From: Sedimentisphaerales bacterium
GTDB taxonomy: Bacteria; Planctomycetota; Phycisphaerae; Sedimentisphaerales; Anaerobacaceae
Length of the DNA: 64,000 nt
Direction: 5' to 3'
Assembly (NCBI GenBank): GCA_963708075.1
Contig: OY970194.1
Span: 5,312,001-5,376,000, forward strand
Shown: piece by piece, positions 57,601 through 64,000 of the stretch
How positions within the stretch are numbered: position 1 is the first letter of the stretch
How the letters are laid out: every line of letters begins with the position of its first letter
The notes under the pieces: generated by a model
Told to the model about the DNA's origin: nothing
What the model saw: only the letters and a program-made list of their open reading frames with translations
The model's database searches: none
Position numbers and translations under genes: made by a program

Positions 57601-60600
57601 GGCGAATCCTTCACGGCCCTGTGGGGCACGGGTTATGACACCGGCCGGGCCTACGTGGAGCTGGAATGCCGCGGACAGGTCCTGCGCGCCTGGTGGACCG
57701 ACCCGAGCCGGACCCAGGAACTGATCGCGCAGGAGGTCACGGAGGACATGCGCGGCGGATTTACCCTGCGCGTCACGTATGTGCGGGAGAACCGCGCGTA
57801 TCTGAATCAGCAGATCATCAGCGTACCCTGGACGAACAAGGAACTGACCCTTGCGTGGGAGCGCTTCCGCTCGTTGCTGGAGCCGGGACAGAAGGAGACG
57901 TGGACCGCGGTCATCACCGGCCCGGACGCGAGGAAGGCCGTCGCCGAGATGGTGGCCGCCATGTACGACGCGTCGCTGGACCAGTACCTCAAGCACGACT
58001 GGCTTCACAGCTTCAGCGGCTTCCGCAGCGAGGGCAGTCGCTTGAGCAGCCGGTTCGAGAACAGCACGCTGACATTCGGCAGCACTCGCGTCATCTGGTA
58101 CATACAGTACAAACCCGTGGCACTCTCCTATCGCTACTACCTGAGCGAGATCATGCTCCAGGTGTACTCCAGCGGGGGCATTGCCTACCGCGGCGGTCCC
58201 GGCGGGCCGGCCAAATCCGGAGGCGACGACCTCGGTTACTCGGAACCGGCACCGGGCGGCGCGCCTCCCACGGAGGGCACATCGGACAATAACCAGACCG
58301 GGGCTGAATCCGGGCCGGACCTGAGCCAGGTCTCCGCGAGAACGAATCTCGATGAAACCGCGTTCTTCTTCCCGCATCTTGTCTCCAGTGCCGACGGCGT
58401 GGTGCGCATGGAGTTCACGATGCCCGAGGCGCTGACGCAATGGAAGTTTCTCGGCTTTGCTCACGACAAACAGATGCGCAGCGGCTACCTGACGGACACG
58501 ACCGTGACGGCCAAGGACCTGATGGTCGAGCCGAACCCGCCGCGATTCATGCGCGAAGGCGACGTCATCGAGTTCACCGTCAAAGTCACGAACAGCTCGG
58601 CCGCCCGGCAGACGGGCAAGGTCATGCTGACGCTCTCGGACGCCCGCACGCTGGAAGTCCGCGACGAGGCCCTGGGCAACACGGCGCCCGAGCAGGATTT
58701 CGACGTGCCCAGCGGGGAGTCGCGCACGTGCTCGTGGCGGCTGACTGTGCCCGACGGCTGCGAGATGCTCATCTACAAGGCCGTCGGCGCGACGACCCGA
58801 CTCAGCGACGGCGAACAAGGCTATCTGCCCGTGCTCAGCCGCAGGATTCTGGTCATCGAGTCCCTGCCCCTGCCCATTCGCGGGCCGCAGACGAAGGAAT
58901 TCGAGTTCACCAAGCTGCTCAACTCCGGCCAGTCGGATACCCTCGTCCACCAGAGTCTCACCGTGCAGATGGTGTCCCAGCCCGCGTGGTACGCGGTGAT
59001 GGCGCTGCCCTATCTGATGGAACACCCCTACGAGTCCAGTGATCAGATCTTCAACCGCCTGTACGCCAACTCGCTGGCGGCGGACATCGCCAACTCCGAC
59101 CCGAAGATCCGGCGGATCTTCGACCAGTGGAAGGCCACGCCGGCCCTCGACAGCCCGCTGGAGAAGAACGAGGACCTCAAGGGCATCGCCCTGGAGGAGA
59201 CTCCGTGGGTTGTGGAGGCCATGGCCGAATCGCAGGCCCGCAGGAACGTCGGCATCCTCTTCGATCAGAACCGGCTCAGCGACGAGACGGCCCGCGCCCT
59301 GTTCGAGCTCAAGCAGAGGCAGTACGCGGACGGCCTGTGGCCGTGGTTCCCCGGCTGTCGCGGCAACGAGTACATCACGCTCTACATTGTCACGGGCTTC
59401 GGCCGCCTGCGCCACCTTAGTGGTCAGCAACTCGACGGCAATACCACGGGTTCTGGCCGCGTGCGCCACCTCGGCGTCGCGCAGCTCGACGTCAGTTGCG
59501 CCGTCAATGCCCTCAGTGCCTTGGACAGGTGGATGGACGAGCAGTACCGCTGGATCCTCGCACACGGCGATAAGGAACAGAACCACCTGAATCCGACCGT
59601 GGCTTACTACCTGTACGGCCGCAGCTTCTTCCTGGCCGATCAGCCCATCGCCGCCGAGTACCAGGAGGCGCGCGACTACTGGCTCGGCCAGGCCCGCCAA
59701 TACTGGCTGTCCCTCTGGCGGCAGTCCCAGGCCCACCTCGCCATCGGCCTCAAACGCTTCGGCGACAAAGACACGCCCGCGGCGATCATGAAGTCGATCA
59801 AGGAGTTCAGCGTCACGAGCGAGGAGCTCGGCATGTACTGGCGCGACACGGAGCGAAGCTGGTGGTGGTATCACGCGCCCATTGAGACGCAGGCGATGAT
59901 GATCGAAGCGTTCGATGAAGTCATGGGCGACGCCCGGGCCGTCGAGGATTGCCGCGTCTGGCTGCTCAAGCAAAAGCAGACTCGCGACTGGAAGACGACC
60001 AAGGCCACCGCCGACGCGGTCTATGCCCTGCTCCTGCGCGGCGCAGACATGCTGGCGTCCGACGCCGTCGTCGAGGTGGCGCTGGGCGGCGAATGGATCG
60101 AGCCCGAACAAATCGAGGCGGGCACAGGGTTCTATGAGGAGCGATTCGTGCGCGGCGAGATCGAGCCCGAGATGGGCCACATCACGGTCAAAAAGGTCGA
60201 CCAGGGCGTCAGTTGGGGCGGCGTGCACTGGCAGTACCTCGAAGACATGAGCAAGGTCACGCCCTACGAGGGCACGCCGTTACAGCTTCACAAGACCATC
60301 TACGTCAAGAAGACGACCGCGTCGGGCCAGGTCCTGTTGCCTGTAGCCCAGCCGCCCTCGGCTGGGGAACCCGAAGGATCACCGCCGGGGGCGGCGGTGC
60401 TACATGTCGGCGACGAGCTGGTCGTCCGCATCGAGCTGCGGGTGGATCGTGACATGGAGTACATCCACATGAAAGATCAACGCGGCAGCGGCACCGAGCC
60501 GGTGAACGTCCTGAGCCGGTACCGCTACCAGGACGGCCTGGCCTACTACGAATCCACGCGCGACACCGCCACGCACTTCTTCATGGACTACCTGCCCAAA

Positions 60601-60735
60601 GGCGTCTATGTCTTCGAGTACTCGACGCGGATTCAGCACAGGGGCAACTACCAGACGGGCATCGCGAGCATCCAGTGCATGTACGCCCCCGAGTTCAACA
60701 GCCACTCCGAGAGTTTCAACCTGGAGGTGAAGTAG
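54667..60735 (+). CDS. Bacterial alpha-2-macroglobulin family protein (2022 aa)
   Basis: Signal peptide, FTDRSLYRPGQ, EEYKRPKF, RTNLDETAFFFP, PRFMREGD, CMYAPEF. Confidence 0.93.
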   Translation: MKRTGILIGVIITIMVGVCAAGPRDDLWNQVTRAINQGLPKTAVELLEQIVPGAVADQAYAEATKAICIKIVQETRIQGNKAEEGIVRLQAEIAKAPEPMKPVMEAVLAHWYWLYFQQNRWRFVQRTATAEPPGEDFTTWDLSRILAEIDKHFTLALCSTPAPGGDSSNSTAEGGCATLLKTTPIGDWDDLLEKGSVPDTYRPTLYDFLAHDALSFYNSGEQAGASPQDSFHIMADSPIFAPVDGFLAWQPQTSDMQSARLKAVRLYQSLLDFHQNDKDKTAFIDADLYRLEFGYNQALGPDKADLYMGALEDFTDQWKSHELSARAFYAWAGVEYAQRNYVHARELAAEGWDTWPASIGGIRCYNLILQIEGRSASIVTERVWNDPLPDIAVTYRNVTQVFFRAVPVGYQQLIERNSTYVSDQQLDALLAAAPALEWNAELPPTKDYQSRTEKLPAPKGLAPGCYYILASHDPSFKLTDNKISIAVVWVSDLALVMRSISRDGVVEGFVLDARTGQPIANATATRWIWGDYNSTWQWQYRPADQAKSDENGLFRFTARDNKQEQFLIVVESGNQRLASQDTYTTHDGYGSPSPTQQTIFFTDRSLYRPGQTIHYKGICIHMDTVGDNYQTLAGRHLLVLFLDANGQEITRQQHLSNDYGAFSGSFIAPRDRLMGRMALRVSSGPSGYTSFNIEEYKRPKFQVRFDPPADAPRLDTEVVVPGTATAYTGASIGGAKVAWHVVRQVRFAPWRWWVRWTPSSSQAQVIALGESVTASDGSFQVPFVASPDLTVPEEDEPVFEFQVHADVTDTTGETRSADHTVRVGHTALQATVSANAWQTLDKPVELTVRTQTLNGQGEAAEGTLRVHALKQPDKVVRSAAPLYYAYYASPTESDLSNPDTWEPAELISEQPFKTDAQGQVTIAVPLEAGIYRATVQTRDRFAKPVNAQCTIHVVDPQATHFGVRIANHFAAPSWSVQPGESFTALWGTGYDTGRAYVELECRGQVLRAWWTDPSRTQELIAQEVTEDMRGGFTLRVTYVRENRAYLNQQIISVPWTNKELTLAWERFRSLLEPGQKETWTAVITGPDARKAVAEMVAAMYDASLDQYLKHDWLHSFSGFRSEGSRLSSRFENSTLTFGSTRVIWYIQYKPVALSYRYYLSEIMLQVYSSGGIAYRGGPGGPAKSGGDDLGYSEPAPGGAPPTEGTSDNNQTGAESGPDLSQVSARTNLDETAFFFPHLVSSADGVVRMEFTMPEALTQWKFLGFAHDKQMRSGYLTDTTVTAKDLMVEPNPPRFMREGDVIEFTVKVTNSSAARQTGKVMLTLSDARTLEVRDEALGNTAPEQDFDVPSGESRTCSWRLTVPDGCEMLIYKAVGATTRLSDGEQGYLPVLSRRILVIESLPLPIRGPQTKEFEFTKLLNSGQSDTLVHQSLTVQMVSQPAWYAVMALPYLMEHPYESSDQIFNRLYANSLAADIANSDPKIRRIFDQWKATPALDSPLEKNEDLKGIALEETPWVVEAMAESQARRNVGILFDQNRLSDETARALFELKQRQYADGLWPWFPGCRGNEYITLYIVTGFGRLRHLSGQQLDGNTTGSGRVRHLGVAQLDVSCAVNALSALDRWMDEQYRWILAHGDKEQNHLNPTVAYYLYGRSFFLADQPIAAEYQEARDYWLGQARQYWLSLWRQSQAHLAIGLKRFGDKDTPAAIMKSIKEFSVTSEELGMYWRDTERSWWWYHAPIETQAMMIEAFDEVMGDARAVEDCRVWLLKQKQTRDWKTTKATADAVYALLLRGADMLASDAVVEVALGGEWIEPEQIEAGTGFYEERFVRGEIEPEMGHITVKKVDQGVSWGGVHWQYLEDMSKVTPYEGTPLQLHKTIYVKKTTASGQVLLPVAQPPSAGEPEGSPPGAAVLHVGDELVVRIELRVDRDMEYIHMKDQRGSGTEPVNVLSRYRYQDGLAYYESTRDTATHFFMDYLPKGVYVFEYSTRIQHRGNYQTGIASIQCMYAPEFNSHSESFNLEVK

Positions 60736-61231
60736 CTTCGCCACATCTGAAGACTCCATAATCCGGGTAGCCGTGGCAAGTGCAGGCGTGTTCGTAGTGT
60801 GCCCGTAAGGGCATACAGAAGTAACGCCTTACGGCGTCACTACGAACGAGGCCTTCGCCCTTGCCGCCACCCGCCGAAGGGATGGCAGAATCGCTGCAGC
60901 GCAAGGATCTCTCCGACCTGCACGCGAGGGGCTAAGCGATTCTGCCAAACAAACCGAATTTCCCGTATGTCCGCCGGGAACTGAGGCTCTGTATCTATGT
61001 CAATAAGGATGAGCGTATATACGGACCAAAGCCGACGGCCGATGGACCGCGGTACGAAACAAACCCAATGTGTCGGGCCCGGGCCACCTCCGTGGGCGGG
61101 ATTTGCCGCTTGCGGCGTGAGGGCGGGCTCGGCTATATAGGGGGGACGTGGCCGGGCCGTTCCCGGCGGAGAACCAGGTACCCCCGAGGCAGGGGGGGCG
61201 ATATAGGGAGACCTTTCTCAGGAGATCGAAC

Positions 61232-62176
61232 ATGCAACGACGAGAATTCTTAGCGACATCATGTGCGGCGGGATTGGCTTCGCTGGCCGGCAGTGCGGCA
61301 ATGGCTCAGGACCCGCCGGCGCGTCTTCCGGGCGAATCGGAGGCGCAGTATCGCGCCCGGCTGGTTCGGACCAAAGCCGCGCAGGAGGCGGCAGCGAAAA
61401 ACGAGGCAGGCGTGCAGGCCTCCGGACGTCTTCCCAATGAATCGGAGGCGGCGTATCGCGCCCGGCTGGTTCGCTCGACGGCACGTGACTGTTACGAGCT
61501 GCGGCGGTACGAGATCGAGACGCCGGAGCAGAAGGCGGGCTTCGACAAGTTTGCCGCCGGCGCGCTGATCCCTGCCCTCAACCGGCTCGGCATTGAGTCC
61601 GTCGGCGTATTCTATCCCGAGAAGGACCTCAGCCCGATCTATGTCCTGATTCCGCACAAGTCACTCATCTCCTTCGCCACGCTCACGCAGAGACTGTTTG
61701 AGGACCAGGAGTTCCAGCAGGCGGGGGCCGAGTTCGTGGACGCCCCGGCGGACAAGCCCGCGTACAAGGTTTTGGAAACCCAGGTCATGGTCGCCTTCAA
61801 GGGCATGCCGCACCTGGAGGCGCCGATCCGCGACGACGGCCGCATCTTCCAGCTTCGCACCTATGAGAGCCCCAGCGAGAAAACCGGCCTCAAGAAGATC
61901 GAAATGTTCAACACGGGCGAGCTGGACATCTTCCGCAAGGTCGGCCTGCACCCCGTCTTCTTCGGCCAGACCCTCGCCGGCGCCAAGATGCCCAACCTCA
62001 CCTACATGCTTGTCTTCAAGGACGCCGAGGAGCAGCAGGCTAACTGGAAGAAGTTCGGCGCCGATCCCGACTGGCAGAAGCTCCGCGCGATGCCCGAGTA
62101 CATGGACAAGGCCATCCTCCGCCAGAAGGGCATCACCAACCTGATCCTCAAACCCGCCCCTTACTCGCAGATCTAA
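61232..62176 (+). CDS. Tat-exported NIPSNAP-family protein
   Basis: MQRREFL, YELRRY, RIFQLRTYES, KKIEMFN.GE, PNLTYML, LKPAPYSQI; AGGAG RBS. Confidence 0.88.
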   Translation: MQRREFLATSCAAGLASLAGSAAMAQDPPARLPGESEAQYRARLVRTKAAQEAAAKNEAGVQASGRLPNESEAAYRARLVRSTARDCYELRRYEIETPEQKAGFDKFAAGALIPALNRLGIESVGVFYPEKDLSPIYVLIPHKSLISFATLTQRLFEDQEFQQAGAEFVDAPADKPAYKVLETQVMVAFKGMPHLEAPIRDDGRIFQLRTYESPSEKTGLKKIEMFNTGELDIFRKVGLHPVFFGQTLAGAKMPNLTYMLVFKDAEEQQANWKKFGADPDWQKLRAMPEYMDKAILRQKGITNLILKPAPYSQI

Positions 62177-62207
62177 CCCCGCACCCCGCGGCAATTGACC
62201 AATCCAA

Positions 62208-62245
62208 AGGGCCGACGGCTCCAAACCCGTCGGCCCTGTTCTTTT
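62208..62245 (+). terminator. Intrinsic terminator
   Basis: AGGGCCGACGG-8nt-CCGTCGGCCCT followed by GTTCTTTT. Confidence 0.75.
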
Positions 62246-62289
62246 CGACTTGCCCGCGTGGCCGATCCTCGTGTGCTCCTGTTACCTTG

Positions 62290-62493
62290 ATAGGCGAGCG
62301 GGGACGCTCGCCCTACGCTGAGGTCTTACTCTTCCGTAGGTCGTGCGTCCCCGCACGACGCTCTCCGCCGAGCCAATACCAGCCATTTGCACGGACTCTG
62401 TCATCCTGAGCGCAGCGAAGGATCTGGCCCGAGCATGAGAACAAGCACGGGGCACGTTCATTACCCGGCCGCTTCACTCCGTTCAGCATGACA
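62290..62493. repeat. Cluster of REP-like palindromes
   Basis: GGCGAGCGGGGACGCTCGCCCTAC, GTAGGTCGTGCGTCCCCGCACGAC, TGTCATCCTGAGCGCAGCGAAGGATCT...TCAGCATGACA. Confidence 0.7.
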
Positions 62494-62680
62494 AGCCGGT
62501 CCGGCTTATCGTCGCATCACAATATCTAATAATTCCCAGCCCCTTGCGGGACAAGGACTTACGCGCGAAACGCGCGTCCGCCGCAGAATTGTATGGATAA
62601 ACTCACATACATAGTTTATAATGTAGTAAACATACTGGAGAGACCGTGATTTGACAACCAAGTCATGAAAGGGCGAGAAG

Positions 62681-63568
62681 ATGAAGAGCCAGCGGACGTT
62701 CAAAATGGGAACCCCGAGGCGGACGCAGAATACGGTCCGCGCCTGCCCCGGGGTCTGTGCCCGCCACAAGACCCCCGCGGACCCAAATGCTGCAACAGTC
62801 ACCTGCTACGACTGTGTCTACGCCGTATGGGACCGCAACCAGTGGATGCGGAGCATTGGCCTGAGCTGGGCCGTCCGCCCCACCTGCGCCAACCACCCCG
62901 ATTCCCTGGGCGCGATGCGGGAGATCCCGTGCGAAGGTCCCTGCCGCAACTTCCGATGGAAGAAGGAAACCCGGGGCCGGGTGACCCCGCCGAAGCCCTC
63001 CAGCCCCGACATCGCCTACATCCCCCTGACCAAGCGCAAGTTCGCCATTGTCGACAAGGCCGATTACGAGCGGCTGAGCCAGTACAAGTGGTTCGTCCTG
63101 GACGGCCGCAACGGCGCCTTCTACGCCGGACGCAAAGAAGGGTATCGCATCATCCCCATGCATCGCGACATCATGCAGCCCCCGCCCGGCATGGTCGTCC
63201 ACCACATCAACGGCAACGGCCTCGACAACCGCCGGTGCAATCTGCAAATCTGCAGGGCCGAGGAGAACCAGCGTTACAGGCAACTCGGCACCACGGCCTC
63301 CGGCTTCGTCGGCGTCTATCCCTACGGCAAGCGCTGGCGCGCCCTGGTTCAGAACAAGGACGGCATCCTGTACCAGCAGGTCTTCGCCGACAAAATCGAA
63401 GCCGCCAAGGCCCGCGACGACGCGGCCGCCGCCCACTTCGGCGAATCCGCCCGCGTGAACTTCCCCCGACCGATCTCGCCGCCACAGCCCCCCACCCCGC
63501 CCCCAGACCAGCCGCAGCCAAAATCAGTCTTGGCCCGGCAGGCCACAGGTACCAAGGAGGAAACCTGA
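62681..63568 (+). CDS. Cys-rich-HNH-AP2 endonuclease (intact)
   Basis: CYDC...CANHP...CRNF, IPLTK..FAIVD..DYE.L..YKW, MHR.IM, VHHINGNGLDNRRCNL, SGFVGV, EAAKARD.AA...FGE.A.VNFP. Confidence 0.9.
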   Translation: MKSQRTFKMGTPRRTQNTVRACPGVCARHKTPADPNAATVTCYDCVYAVWDRNQWMRSIGLSWAVRPTCANHPDSLGAMREIPCEGPCRNFRWKKETRGRVTPPKPSSPDIAYIPLTKRKFAIVDKADYERLSQYKWFVLDGRNGAFYAGRKEGYRIIPMHRDIMQPPPGMVVHHINGNGLDNRRCNLQICRAEENQRYRQLGTTASGFVGVYPYGKRWRALVQNKDGILYQQVFADKIEAAKARDDAAAAHFGESARVNFPRPISPPQPPTPPPDQPQPKSVLARQATGTKEET

Positions 63569-64000
63569 CAACCGATCTTCAACCACGAAGCACGCAAAGA
63601 AAGGGAGGGCCATAAACCACTGAAAACTGGGTACTTGCCACGATTCCTCTGGCCTACAGTCTCTGGTCTCCGGACCTTCTTCCAGATTCCCACCCATGTT
63701 CGCCGGGTGACAATCGCCACATGCACAGGAGAACGGTGGGATGTGTGGAATGTGTGTGCGCGTCGAGCGTCCGGCTTTACACTTGACACTTGCCGCCATT
63801 CTGCAATCCGGAATTGAGCACAGCTTTGCCGTAGATATCCTGCCGGCCCGCAAACTCGCGTGGCTCTCTCACTTTTTCTTGATCTTCCACCCAACTTCCG
63901 CCATAATACCGTTATCTACGAGACGAGCATCTGTGATGCGGTTGTGACGAATCGTTTGAGGCCTGAGATGGCGCGTTAAACTCGGTGGCTGCGCAAATCG

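Noticed and set aside
56944..60228. 1094-aa antisense ORF and other long antisense ORFs (e.g. 8512-9810, 37679-38914)
   Set aside because: Shadows of GC3-rich sense genes; no recognisable motifs

Overview
GC-rich bacterial chromosomal window. Gene content and repeat style suggest Planctomycetota (Phycisphaerae/Sedimentisphaerales-like); this is inference only. Housekeeping genes: rpsR-rplI, metY, aspS, dnaB-bamA-skp-lpxD-lpxC/fabZ-lpxA-oxidoreductase, pcm, recG, nadB, crcB, rnpB and a short rho paralog. Accessory genes: an MNT-HEPN toxin-antitoxin pair, GH9-like and beta-helix secreted proteins, four tandem GLUG-repeat secreted proteins (one split by an IS630 element) and a 2022-aa alpha-2-macroglobulin. 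Many core genes between 0 and 42 kb carry single-base frameshifts that are probably sequencing indels. The most striking signals lie outside the gene list: (1) a cas-less CRISPR-like array of nine 18-nt repeats with 30-69 nt spacers; (2) palindromic MITE/REP elements inserted in-frame inside proteins (a 153-nt insert with an 8-bp TSD in an S9 peptidase, two 63-nt REP doublets in the macroglobulin); (3) two Cys-rich-HNH-AP2 endonuclease paralogs sharing an upstream palindromic operator; (4) a conserved promoter plus structured leader before three GLUG genes; (5) a motif-bracketed cassette next to a possible HUH transposase remnant; (6) heptamer repeats extending the RNase P P1 helix to about 42 bp.
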